From Fidelibacterota bacterium (GTDB lineage Bacteria > Fidelibacterota > UBA8477 > JABMPR01): a DNA stretch of 64,000 nt. The stretch covers positions 7,927-71,926 of the forward strand of contig JADHVL010000018.1 in NCBI GenBank assembly GCA_016784025.1. The letters run 5' to 3'. The position numbers and the translations under genes were made by a program. Under the pieces are notes generated by a model. The model saw only the letters and a program-made list of their open reading frames with translations. It did not search any database and was not told where the DNA came from. Shown in pieces: positions 21,725-31,069 of the stretch (within the stretch, counting starts at the first letter, position 1; each line of letters starts with the position of its first letter).

Positions 21725-22147
21725 ATGCCAGAAGTTAAGATTCAACAGGTAAAAGGTGGAACCTTTGCCGCCAGGGGTACTTCAAACCATTGGACTATGA
21801 TAGACGTTTCAAAAAAGGTAGGTGGCCAGGAAGCTGCAAGCGGTCCCATGGAGATGGTCTTATTTGGTCTCGGGGGATGTACAGGAATAGATGTTGAAAC
21901 GATGTTGAAGAAAATGAAGGTTCCTTTGGAAAATTTTGAAATTGATATTCACGCAGAACGTGCTGAGGAGCATCCAAAAATCTTCACCCATATTGATATG
22001 ACCTATCATTTCTATGGCAAGGACCTTCCCTTAAAAAAACTGGAGCGAGCCGTTAAACTTTCTAAAGATACATACTGCTCTGTGAGCGCCATGTTGGCTG
22101 CCACTGTTGAAATAACTGCAAAAGTCGAGAATCATAACACCGCATGA
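21725..22147 (+). CDS. OsmC/YhfA family protein
   Basis: GPMEMVLFGLGGCTGID and SKDTYCSVS, the two conserved Cys. Confidence 0.9.
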   Translation: MPEVKIQQVKGGTFAARGTSNHWTMIDVSKKVGGQEAASGPMEMVLFGLGGCTGIDVETMLKKMKVPLENFEIDIHAERAEEHPKIFTHIDMTYHFYGKDLPLKKLERAVKLSKDTYCSVSAMLAATVEITAKVENHNTA

Positions 22148-22545
22148 TCTATCGCCTCATAGCCTACTCCCTTATTTTGCTGGGAACTGGTGGCACCATT
22201 TATATAGGTGTCGAAGGCATTTACGGTGACCACTATGATATTCCTGCCTTGAGCTATGAGTCGTTTAGCCGACAATATTCTGACTCCAGTAATTATATAT
22301 TGATTGATGTCCGTACAGAATCTGAAGTTGCAGCGCAACCAGCGCCCTGGTCAAATACCATTCAGATACCCCTGCTTTCCCTGGAGGATCGGTGCATGGA
22401 GTTAAATAAATACAAAGATCAACCCATGATGGTTTTGTGCCCGACAGGCAACCGTTCCAGACAAGGTGCTCGTGTACTAAGATTGGCTGGTTTTGATGCC
22501 TCCTACATGGAAAAGGGCATGTTTAACAAAGAAAGAATTTCATAA
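22144..22545 (+). CDS. Membrane-anchored rhodanese-like sulfurtransferase
   Basis: N-terminal TM, LIDVRTESE, active loop CPTGNRS. Confidence 0.85.
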   Translation: MIYRLIAYSLILLGTGGTIYIGVEGIYGDHYDIPALSYESFSRQYSDSSNYILIDVRTESEVAAQPAPWSNTIQIPLLSLEDRCMELNKYKDQPMMVLCPTGNRSRQGARVLRLAGFDASYMEKGMFNKERIS

Positions 22546-22766
22546 TGAGTAAAAGATACATTAAAATGTTATCAGGTTTGGCAGTTGGAGCTATCTTCGG
22601 ATTCATCTATTACTATTATATTGGCTGCGCTTCTGGTAGCTGTGCGATCACATCAAATCCGTACATTAGTACTGCCTATGGAGCCATGATGGGTCTTGTA
22701 TTTATGTGGCCAGCCAAAGAGAAGGATGCTAAAACAGATGATCGGGAAAACACACAAGTCGTCTAA
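22545..22766 (+). CDS. DUF6132-like small two-TM membrane protein with CX4C loop
   Basis: GFIYYYYIGCASGSCAITSNP..YGAMMG. Confidence 0.75.
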   Translation: MSKRYIKMLSGLAVGAIFGFIYYYYIGCASGSCAITSNPYISTAYGAMMGLVFMWPAKEKDAKTDDRENTQVV

Positions 22767-23454
22767 AATAATTGCGCTGGCTTTATGCCTGGTGCCGGCT
22801 GTTTTTGGACAAATCAATAATTTTGAATTTGTGCAACACGATAGCGCTTACGTCGGAAGTGAGGAGTTTGTAGTACTCCATGGTGAAATAATCAGTCTTG
22901 CCACCTCATCTCAATCAATTTCTGTCACCAGAGTTACGCATGAAATGGATACCTTGTGGACAAACTCTTTTTGTGTCGGGCCAGCTTGCTTACCTCCCTT
23001 CCTGGATAACTATACCTTTGATCTCGCTGCTTCCGATACCGCCGAGTTCACTCTTGACACCTTTCCAAATGGTGAAGAGGGGATAGGAATCTGGACCATG
23101 TTTGCAGTGGACTCCTCAACCATGGAAGTGGATTCAGTTAATATCAGATTGGAGTTTGTTGCTGTCTCTATTGATGGGTCTTTCGAAAGACCAAACTCAT
23201 TTGAGCTCTCTCATATTTACCCCAATCCAACCAATGCTTCAATCAATTTCGACCTGGATCTTAAAAGTACAGGAGATTATTCGATTATTTTGTATGCTCT
23301 GGATGGACGGGAAATTATGATCAGAAATTATCAATTGAATTCTGGCAAGAATCATCTTCAATGGAATATGCAAGGATTGCCATCAGGCAACTACATCATT
23401 AGCGCGACTGGTGCAGGAGAGACGATCTCCAGACAAGTGAGTGTGATCAAATGA
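22738..23454 (+). CDS. Secreted protein with T9SS type A (Por) C-terminal sorting-like domain and CX4C motif
   Basis: Signal ..PAVFG-Q; FCVGPACLPP; C-terminal IYPNP..LYALDGR..LPSGNYII..VIK. Confidence 0.8.
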   Translation: MIGKTHKSSKIIALALCLVPAVFGQINNFEFVQHDSAYVGSEEFVVLHGEIISLATSSQSISVTRVTHEMDTLWTNSFCVGPACLPPFLDNYTFDLAASDTAEFTLDTFPNGEEGIGIWTMFAVDSSTMEVDSVNIRLEFVAVSIDGSFERPNSFELSHIYPNPTNASINFDLDLKSTGDYSIILYALDGREIMIRNYQLNSGKNHLQWNMQGLPSGNYIISATGAGETISRQVSVIK

Positions 23455-23942
23455 TGCGATTACTTCCCCTTCTCCTGATTGTTGCCATCTCTTTTGGCCA
23501 GGAGAAAAACCTGCCACAGGTCAACCTAAAGGACATGAAGAATAAAACCCATAGTCTGAACAAGTTGGTTGAAGACCAGGTAACTCTCATCAATTTTTGG
23601 GCTACTTATTGTGTCCCCTGCCGAAAAGAAATGAAGCATTTAAATCGGATTAACGAGACTTATGCTGATCAAAATGTTCAGGTCATAGGTATTTCTATTG
23701 ATGATTCTCGTACTGTGGGCCGGGTTAAGTCTATGGTTAAGTCACAGAAACTTAAATATACCATTCTCCTTGATACTGAACAAAAATTATACAAGAATTT
23801 CAATACCACCGCCATGCCCTTCTCAATCCTGGTTGATGCACAGGGTAAAATTCTCTGGGAGCATACGGGTTATCTCCCAGGTGATGAAGCCCAAATGGAA
23901 TCTGAAATCAAGAAAGCTTTGGCGGCTCAGAAAAAAAGTTAA
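23451..23942 (+). CDS. TlpA/ResA-family thiol-disulfide oxidoreductase
   Basis: Signal peptide; INFWATYCVPCRKE; cis-Pro loop AMP. Confidence 0.92.
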   Translation: MMRLLPLLLIVAISFGQEKNLPQVNLKDMKNKTHSLNKLVEDQVTLINFWATYCVPCRKEMKHLNRINETYADQNVQVIGISIDDSRTVGRVKSMVKSQKLKYTILLDTEQKLYKNFNTTAMPFSILVDAQGKILWEHTGYLPGDEAQMESEIKKALAAQKKS

Positions 23943-23951
23943 TTTCCCCCC

Positions 23952-25649
23952 TTGTCCTTATTTTTCAGAACACTCATCCTATTAGCCATTCCATTAGGTC
24001 TGATTGCTGAAGGTGTGTCCTGGAATCTTGGTCTCAAGTCCAATCTTGGCCGTGGTGAACAGGTTGGAACAGATTACAATTACTTCGAAAATTTTATAAG
24101 TGGATCCATTGAGGTCGGCCAATGGTATCTGGATTTATCTGTAGAATCAAGTCAACCTCCAGAATATGGTTTCGAGTACCAGGGTATCGATCGCTTTTTT
24201 CTCAGCTATATTGGAAATGCACGCTCTCTGGAGATAGGTGATATCTCAGCCGTTTTTGGTCGAGGTTTGGCCCTGAATCTTGATGAAAACCAGGCCATTG
24301 ATTTTGATAATGAAATCATGGGTCTCAGATATTCATCTGTATTTATGGAAAATCATGAATTTGATTTGCTGGCAGGGTTTAAAAAGGAATATAGATTCTA
24401 TTCGCCTAGTTCAGATCTGCGTGAGCCTGATGGAATGGCTGGCTATGAACTGGCCGGGGCAGAGGCAACTTTCAATAGTGAAAGTGGTGTTTGGTCTTTT
24501 ATTCCATATCTGATAGCCAGCCGCATGCAGTCCGATTTCGTTTGGCAGGAATTGGATGCAGATAAGGGCGCGGTTGTTACAGATACAGTGACTCAAAACA
24601 TGAATGCCATTCAGGCTGGATGGGGGCAATCCATTTATGGAGAAAATTGGGATTTGTATCTAGAGTACAATAAGACCTGGAAAGCTTTCGATTATCCAGT
24701 ATCCAATCAGAGTATCCAACACCTGGAGAATGGGCAAAGTTTGATCAGCGATGATCCAAATTATGGTCAGGAAGGCCAGGCTTTCAATTTGCAGCTGAAT
24801 TGGTTCCCCGAATGGTTTACCACATTGTTTGAGTATAAACGCTATCTCAACGGTCCTGAAACTTCCTCTCAAAAACGTAATCCCATGCTTCTCGCCACAA
24901 AACCACTGCCATGGCAAATGGGACCTACTGGGATCAGAGAACATGATATTAGCCTTCTGGGGAATGTGACCCATCCTGTGGATTATGGCGATGAATTGGG
25001 CTGGAATCTGGAAATGAGAAAAACACTTTCAGATTCATGGTCAATGGTAATTAATGGAGCGCAGACTTCACAGTCCTCACCAGATGGAGCTCCTGGAATC
25101 CTACCCACACAGGATTTGGACCGGAATCCCTGGCAGGAATATTATGCAGAGTTCGAATATTCTGGTTCGCGTTTTTATCAGAGATTGTTGATAGCCTACA
25201 CCAGATCGGTTCTCAGTGGACAATCCGCTGCTGAGATTATGGAACATTATACCCTTGTTCCAGCCTATCTATCCTGGCACCCCAATGAAAATCTGGTTTT
25301 ATCCACAGTTGTTGAATTGCAGACCTCCAAAGTCTATACTGAATTGTATGCTGGAGATGTCCTTGAGGGTCATAAGTTTCAGAGCGGGCACTTTATTGTC
25401 AGTGCTGACTATGAGCATAATTATTCTGCAGCAATTATATGGGATACAAGTAATGATCCAAGTCTCATGACCAACGACGAAGAAATTCAACATTGGGTGA
25501 GTGGTGAAGTATCTGTGAAACCCATGGATGGACTGTGGTTACGGGCTTCTTATGGCAAGGAAAAGGGTGGTGTGCGATGTACAGGTGGAGTTTGTCGAGT
25601 CCTGAATCCCTTTGAGGGTTTCCGTATGGCCCTGGAGTGGCGACTATGA
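23952..25649 (+). CDS. DUF6029-like outer-membrane barrel with C-terminal CX4C
   Basis: Signal peptide; GDI..FGRGLAL; C-terminal GGVRCTGGVCRVLNPFEG..EWRL; these are the only two Cys. Confidence 0.7.
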   Translation: MSLFFRTLILLAIPLGLIAEGVSWNLGLKSNLGRGEQVGTDYNYFENFISGSIEVGQWYLDLSVESSQPPEYGFEYQGIDRFFLSYIGNARSLEIGDISAVFGRGLALNLDENQAIDFDNEIMGLRYSSVFMENHEFDLLAGFKKEYRFYSPSSDLREPDGMAGYELAGAEATFNSESGVWSFIPYLIASRMQSDFVWQELDADKGAVVTDTVTQNMNAIQAGWGQSIYGENWDLYLEYNKTWKAFDYPVSNQSIQHLENGQSLISDDPNYGQEGQAFNLQLNWFPEWFTTLFEYKRYLNGPETSSQKRNPMLLATKPLPWQMGPTGIREHDISLLGNVTHPVDYGDELGWNLEMRKTLSDSWSMVINGAQTSQSSPDGAPGILPTQDLDRNPWQEYYAEFEYSGSRFYQRLLIAYTRSVLSGQSAAEIMEHYTLVPAYLSWHPNENLVLSTVVELQTSKVYTELYAGDVLEGHKFQSGHFIVSADYEHNYSAAIIWDTSNDPSLMTNDEEIQHWVSGEVSVKPMDGLWLRASYGKEKGGVRCTGGVCRVLNPFEGFRMALEWRL

Positions 25650-26902
25650 GGAAGTATTTATTTCTACTGCCCTTCGTCCTATTCATCACTTCTTGTGACT
25701 GGAAGCCTGAACCAATTGAAGTGATTCCTTATGACTCTTTCAGAAAAATCGATATTGTGGTTGGGATCAAAACAATCATTGAAGTTGAAGGTAATGATTT
25801 TACGGTAGACAGTTCCGTAGACACATCGATTGTCGAAATAATTTCTAATGATTCCGGTCGTATCGAAATTATTGGTAGAGTTCCCGGGCAAACGAAATTG
25901 AGTTACAATTACTACATTTCAAGTGAACTAGAAGGTGAGAACGATCTAGCAGCTAGAATGGTTCTAATCTTTGAAGTTACAAATGGATTCCCATTAAGAG
26001 TGAATGTAGAGGATAGCGTAAAGGTAAATCTGGATGCCTTTGTTGATTCAATCCAAAGGGTAAGCCATGATTCAGTTGATATTAGGTTCTCTTCTGGACT
26101 AGTTAGTGCACATAATACAGTTACTTATGACATGGATTCTCTAGAATTGGTTGTTCATGGGGATACACCTGGCCGAGAAGGTCTGATCGTAACATTCTTC
26201 CAACAATCTGATACTCTAGGTGAACCGCTAATTTTCGATATTGCTACTCGTATTCATAAGGTGGTCCTGGCAGAATTTTATACGAATACGGGTTGTGTAA
26301 ATTGTCCCGAAGCGAATCATTATCTCGACAATATTTCAGCTGAGTTTATTGATGATTTCACTTTGGTTCGATATCATGTTAATTGGACCGACCCATTCGA
26401 CCCTATGAACCTTTATAATCCAGGTGATGTTGAAAGCCGTCGAGCATACTATAATATTTTTGCTGCTCCCGGATTCGTTCTGGAGGGAACCCTGATAACC
26501 TCCCTCGATGAGGACGACTGGTCAGGACGGGTGTTCAACGCCTCCCAGGGATTGACTCCTGTCTATATTGGTCCCATCGACGTATTGGAGAGTGTGGATA
26601 GCCTGCATCTTGAATTTGAATTGAACAGCTTTTCATCATCGTTGACCGACATAACAATATGGTCGCTTGTTATGGAAGACAGTATTGAATATGCAGGATC
26701 AAACGGCGAGACACTACATATGGATGTGATGCGGGATATGACTTCCAACCCTATAAGTGTATTGATTGGTCTCAGCACCATTCAGCACAGTTTAAAGAAA
26801 CCAGATGATTACGGGACTGCAGGTCCCATGAACTTATTGGTTTTTGTACAAGCTGATTCAGATAAATCTGTATTGCAATCTCGCAAACAAAACCTCTATT
26901 AA
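25646..26902 (+). CDS. Omp28-related outer-membrane lipoprotein with thioredoxin-like CXXC
   Basis: ATG 25646; lipobox FITSC; VVLAEFYTNTGCVNCP, YHVNW, H..VMRD, LLVFVQ..VLQ. Confidence 0.8.
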   Translation: MRKYLFLLPFVLFITSCDWKPEPIEVIPYDSFRKIDIVVGIKTIIEVEGNDFTVDSSVDTSIVEIISNDSGRIEIIGRVPGQTKLSYNYYISSELEGENDLAARMVLIFEVTNGFPLRVNVEDSVKVNLDAFVDSIQRVSHDSVDIRFSSGLVSAHNTVTYDMDSLELVVHGDTPGREGLIVTFFQQSDTLGEPLIFDIATRIHKVVLAEFYTNTGCVNCPEANHYLDNISAEFIDDFTLVRYHVNWTDPFDPMNLYNPGDVESRRAYYNIFAAPGFVLEGTLITSLDEDDWSGRVFNASQGLTPVYIGPIDVLESVDSLHLEFELNSFSSSLTDITIWSLVMEDSIEYAGSNGETLHMDVMRDMTSNPISVLIGLSTIQHSLKKPDDYGTAGPMNLLVFVQADSDKSVLQSRKQNLY

Positions 26903-26906
26903 CAGC

Positions 26907-27350
26907 GTGGCTGAATTACATCCCTTCTTTGTTCACTTCCCCATAGCCATTCTGGTGGTGGCGGCTGTCTTTGATGTATATGGTGCATCTAGAGGTCTGC
27001 AGCAGCATACGCAGACTGCCTTTATCCTGCAATTAATGGCTGGTGTCTCTGCCGTCTTCGCAGCCATCAGTGGCAATCTGGCTGAATCCCTGATTGTCGA
27101 TCACAGCCTTCTCCACCAAGGGGTGATGGAGGCATTCGATAAACATACTTCTATGGGAAATGCCATGGTATGGCTCATTATTCTGGTAGCCGTTGGACGC
27201 ACCTTTGCAGTCCTGGAGAAGAAGGAGTGGGCCCTAAGAGGCTGGGTGATTCCCGTTGTGAGTGTGACCGTGGCCCTGCTTGTGATCGTCACAGGATTAT
27301 TGGGCGGGGATTTGAGCGCATCAATCCTGACTTTTTACATCAATTCTTAA
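26907..27350 (+). CDS. DUF2231 family membrane protein
   Basis: LHPFFVHFPIA, SG, H, TG..GGDL motifs; four TM segments. Confidence 0.8.
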   Translation: MAELHPFFVHFPIAILVVAAVFDVYGASRGLQQHTQTAFILQLMAGVSAVFAAISGNLAESLIVDHSLLHQGVMEAFDKHTSMGNAMVWLIILVAVGRTFAVLEKKEWALRGWVIPVVSVTVALLVIVTGLLGGDLSASILTFYINS

Positions 27351-27353
27351 CAA

Positions 27354-27385
27354 ACCTTGCGAAGGTATATAAACCTCCGCAAGGT
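27354..27385. repeat. Inverted repeat between convergent genes (REP-like or bidirectional terminator)
   Basis: ACCTTGCGAAGGT-ATATAA-ACCTCCGCAAGGT, 13-bp arms with one mismatch. Confidence 0.65.
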
Positions 27386-27396
27386 CAATCAGAATC

Positions 27397-28401
27397 CTAG
27401 CTTTGTGTAAAACGCTTTCCGTTCATGGTTTTCAGGAAGGCAGCAATTTTAGCAGCTTCTTCGTCAGAAATCTGCTGCATCAACTGCATATCACCCATCA
27501 TCTGGATGGTTTTTTCAAGACTTTCTACTCCGCCATCGTGGAAGTAAGGACCGGTTAACTCAATGTTTCTCAAGGCGGGGACTTTAAACATAAACTTATC
27601 TTGTTCTAACCCGGTTACCTCAAATCGACCTTCATCATTCAGATTATGGTATGGTTTAATGAGACCATTTTTCTGGTACATATTTGCCCCCATCATCGAT
27701 CCCATGTGGCAGGTTACACATGCTTTGCCCAGAAAAAGATCCAGACCTTCAACTTCAGCTTTTGTGATGGCTTTCAGATCGCCCTCTAAATATGAATCAA
27801 AGCGATCATGCGTTACCAGTGTGCGCTCAAATGCAGCCAGGGCTTCTGTAATATTCTCATAGTTAATGCTGTTCTCACCGAAGGCTTCATTAAATAGTTC
27901 TGTGTACTCTGGAATAGCTTTGATTATGGCAACAGCAGTAGCGGAATCAGCAATAGCCATTTCAGCAGGATTTAAAATGGGTCCACCAGCTTGTTCATTC
28001 AGGTCAGCAGCTCGTCCGTCCCAGAATTGAGTAAAATGAAAACCGGCGTTAAAAACAGTCGGGGAATTCCTGGGACCGGGAATGCCATTGGTACCTTCTG
28101 ATGTGGGTTTGTTATCAACTCCTGCTGTAACTAGATCGTGACAGGTATTGCAGGACATATCTCCAGTATTTGATAGTGCAGTTTCAAAATATAGCTTTTC
28201 CCCAAGTTTGATCCGGGTCTCTGTGTCATTTTCAGAACCTGGCATCATGTCAGGGACCACCGCGAACATCGGTTTTACTTTAGCTAGTATTTCTTGCTGA
28301 TACGTCAAATCCTCTGGTGGTTGTTTATCTGCTTTTCCACCACACTGAATCAACATCAATATCATCAAACTCATAACGATGAACAGGACACCTTTCTGCA
28401 T
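27397..28401 (-). CDS. Diheme cytochrome c peroxidase (CCP/MauG family), probable lipoprotein
   Basis: Two CXXCH (CNTCH, CVTCH), RNSPTV, QFWDGRA, FKVPALRNI..PYFHDG. Confidence 0.93.
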   Translation of the reverse strand: MQKGVLFIVMSLMILMLIQCGGKADKQPPEDLTYQQEILAKVKPMFAVVPDMMPGSENDTETRIKLGEKLYFETALSNTGDMSCNTCHDLVTAGVDNKPTSEGTNGIPGPRNSPTVFNAGFHFTQFWDGRAADLNEQAGGPILNPAEMAIADSATAVAIIKAIPEYTELFNEAFGENSINYENITEALAAFERTLVTHDRFDSYLEGDLKAITKAEVEGLDLFLGKACVTCHMGSMMGANMYQKNGLIKPYHNLNDEGRFEVTGLEQDKFMFKVPALRNIELTGPYFHDGGVESLEKTIQMMGDMQLMQQISDEEAAKIAAFLKTMNGKRFTQS

Positions 28402-28585
28402 TACAATTTCCCCTTATTATTTATGTGTATATAATGAATAACTGCCAAACAGCAATAATATAAATATCAGTTGAAGGTTTGCATGAATAAAAATAGTGAG
28501 TTTCAAACGGTAGCAATCATTTGACCTCCAGAAGCGACTCTGCTTCTGACTTTGAAACCTTGCTTGCAGAAGGATAGTATAGTTC

Positions 28586-28619
28586 TATATTACATACCGA
28601 CCAGTCGGTATGTAATATA
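28586..28619. promoter_or_regulatory. TetR-family operator palindrome overlapping the -10 element
   Basis: TATATTACATACCGAC-CA-GTCGGTATGTAATATA, perfect 16-bp arms, 23 bp before the TetR start; TTGCAG-N16-TATATT promoter overlaps it. Confidence 0.85.
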
Positions 28620-28642
28620 ATGACATAATATTAAGGCCAGAT

Positions 28643-29242
28643 ATGACAGAGAGAAGACCCAGCTCAGAACGCCGAATAGAAATATTAGAAGCAGCCCTTA
28701 CCATTTTTGTTAAGAAGGGTTATTCCGAGGCGAGAATGGACGATATTGTTCAAGAGATCGGCTTGAGCAAAGGCGCATTATATCATCATTTTCAAAGCAA
28801 GCGGGACCTATTTATTGCCCTGATCGAACACTGGATGGATCAATTCTCTCCCATTGAACGTGGTGGACTGATGCGTGCAAAACCCTCCAGGGAGATCATC
28901 ATGCATATCGCAAAATTCACGGCAAAGTTATTTAAAAGGAATCCTAACTGGTTTTTAGTTGAGCCTGAAATATGGGCATTTGCAAACCGCGATAAAGAAA
29001 TCAAGGAATTGGCGAGCCACCTATACGCCAACGTGTTAAGCGAATTTGAAGCACTTATCAAACGCGGGATAGAGTATGGGGAATTCAGGGATGTAAATGC
29101 AGGCATGATTGCCATGTCAATCATGACCTCTCTGCATGGAATGATTTGGTTTGCACTGTTTAAACCAAATGACTTTTCGCTGGAAGAATATGTAGACTTG
29201 AATATGGAACTCATTCTGGATGGTATTGCTGTCCAGGATTGA
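28643..29242 (+). CDS. TetR/AcrR family regulator (probable fatty-acid degradation repressor)
   Basis: HTH ILEAA..F..KGY..MDDI...GLSKGALYHHF..K. Confidence 0.93.
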   Translation: MTERRPSSERRIEILEAALTIFVKKGYSEARMDDIVQEIGLSKGALYHHFQSKRDLFIALIEHWMDQFSPIERGGLMRAKPSREIIMHIAKFTAKLFKRNPNWFLVEPEIWAFANRDKEIKELASHLYANVLSEFEALIKRGIEYGEFRDVNAGMIAMSIMTSLHGMIWFALFKPNDFSLEEYVDLNMELILDGIAVQD

Positions 29243-29277
29243 GACAATAGAATTGTATCCAAAATAAGGAGAATGAG

Positions 29278-31050
29278 ATGAATAAGGGTGGCGCATTTTT
29301 AACCACACCCTTTGGCGTTGATGAAATCTTCACCAGAGAAAAATGGAGTGATGACCAAAAGGAGTTTTTTGATGCGATACAATCTTTCGCTAAAGAAGCT
29401 GTTGCTCCTCGAGCCGATGATATTGAAAAACTTGATGAGGCTTTGAGTCGAGATTTTATGACGCAGATGGGGGAAATGGGGATGATGGGACTGGACGTCC
29501 CAGAGCAGTATGGGGGTATGGGGCTTGATAAAACTGCTGCTGCCCTGGCCTTAGAAGCTATGGGAGTAGGAGAAAGTTCCTCCTTAATGGTGACAGTTAC
29601 GGATCATACTGGTATCGGCTTGCTGCCAATTCTGTGGTATGGAACTGACGAGCAACGAGAAAAATATATTCCTAAAATGATGAGTGGGGAATGGATGAGC
29701 TCATATGCTCTGACAGAACCCGGTGCAGGATCCGATGCCCTCAATGGAACCGCCTCAGCCAGGCTCAATGAGGAAGGTACACACTACATCCTTAACGGAG
29801 TGAAGCAATTCATCACCAACGGAGGCTGGGCAGATATCGGTGTTGTTTTTGCCAAGGTCGATGGAGATAAGCTGACCGCCTTTATTCTGGATAAGGAAAC
29901 CACTGGTTGGGAACGTGGACCAGAAGAACACAAGTTGGGTATTAAAGGATCTTCAACCACCACCTTTGTTCTGAATGATTGTAAGGTAGCAGTTGAAAAT
30001 GTACTGGGTGGAGTAGGTAAGGGCGCTGCTGTTGCTTTCAATGTGCTCTATATCGGTCGCCTAAAACTGGGCGCAGTAACCATGGGTGGAGCCAAACATG
30101 TCATCAAAACCGCCCTGGATTATGCCACGGAGCGCAAGCAATTTGCCCAGCCCTTGACTGCGTTTGGCATGATGCAGCGCAAGTTCGCTGATATGGTGAT
30201 TCGTTGCTATGAATCTGATACCATTACTTATCAGTCTACAGGATCCATTGATGACGCCGTTGAGCGCTACGAAGAGGATGATCCAGAATACTACAATCAT
30301 CTCTACTCTGTGATTGAAGACCATGCTATCGAGAATAGCGTCAATAAGATTTTCTCCTCTGAAGCCATGTGGATAAATGCTGATGATGGTGTGCAGATCT
30401 TTGGTGGCTATGGTTTTTCTGAGGAATACCCACTGGCTCGGCTCCTCCGCGATGAACGTGTCAATCGCATTTTCGAGGGAACCAATGAGATCAACAAGCT
30501 GATTATCTCCGGCATCACGATGAAAAAAGCCATCCTGGAAGAGCTGCCTATTCGAGAACAGATTCTTGGGATGGGAGAAGGTTGGATGCCAGTAGCTGAT
30601 ATTCCTTCAGATCATCCTATGGTACAAGAGATTAAAGCAGTTGAATTGGGTCGGGGTATAGTTCTTAAAACCCTTCATGAGCTCATCTTGAAACATGGTC
30701 AGGATTTTAAGAACACACAATTTGAAATTGAGGCCTTCGCCAATATGGTGATTGCCCAGCAGATCATTTTCAGTGTTCTGAGAAGATATTTACAACTGGA
30801 TGAAGCTTACCCAAGAAGGGATGAAGTCGCTTCAGTATTGAAAGTATCTGTTCTCAGAAATCTAGAGGTTATCGTTTCCAATACAAAAAAAATATTGAGA
30901 CATATCCTGCCTGAGGAAGATCGCAGGGCAAAGTTAGGCAAGTTGAATGAAGCATTAACCGAATTGGACTATCATGCTGATGTTATTGAAGAACAAAAGG
31001 TGATTTTCCAGCTTCTACTCAAACGCGGTACCTATCCGCTGAATGATTAA
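29278..31050 (+). CDS. fadE: Acyl-CoA dehydrogenase (long FadE type)
   Basis: YALTEPGAGSDA, LNGVKQFITN, KLGIKGS, QIFGGYG, RIFEGTNEI. Confidence 0.92.
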   Translation: MNKGGAFLTTPFGVDEIFTREKWSDDQKEFFDAIQSFAKEAVAPRADDIEKLDEALSRDFMTQMGEMGMMGLDVPEQYGGMGLDKTAAALALEAMGVGESSSLMVTVTDHTGIGLLPILWYGTDEQREKYIPKMMSGEWMSSYALTEPGAGSDALNGTASARLNEEGTHYILNGVKQFITNGGWADIGVVFAKVDGDKLTAFILDKETTGWERGPEEHKLGIKGSSTTTFVLNDCKVAVENVLGGVGKGAAVAFNVLYIGRLKLGAVTMGGAKHVIKTALDYATERKQFAQPLTAFGMMQRKFADMVIRCYESDTITYQSTGSIDDAVERYEEDDPEYYNHLYSVIEDHAIENSVNKIFSSEAMWINADDGVQIFGGYGFSEEYPLARLLRDERVNRIFEGTNEINKLIISGITMKKAILEELPIREQILGMGEGWMPVADIPSDHPMVQEIKAVELGRGIVLKTLHELILKHGQDFKNTQFEIEAFANMVIAQQIIFSVLRRYLQLDEAYPRRDEVASVLKVSVLRNLEVIVSNTKKILRHILPEEDRRAKLGKLNEALTELDYHADVIEEQKVIFQLLLKRGTYPLND

Positions 31051-31069
31051 GGAATGAGGAGTTAATTAA

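Noticed and set aside
17468-27350. Hidden selenoproteins in the redox island
   Set aside because: All redox motifs use Cys codons; the TGA stops fall at natural C-termini or in ATGA overlaps
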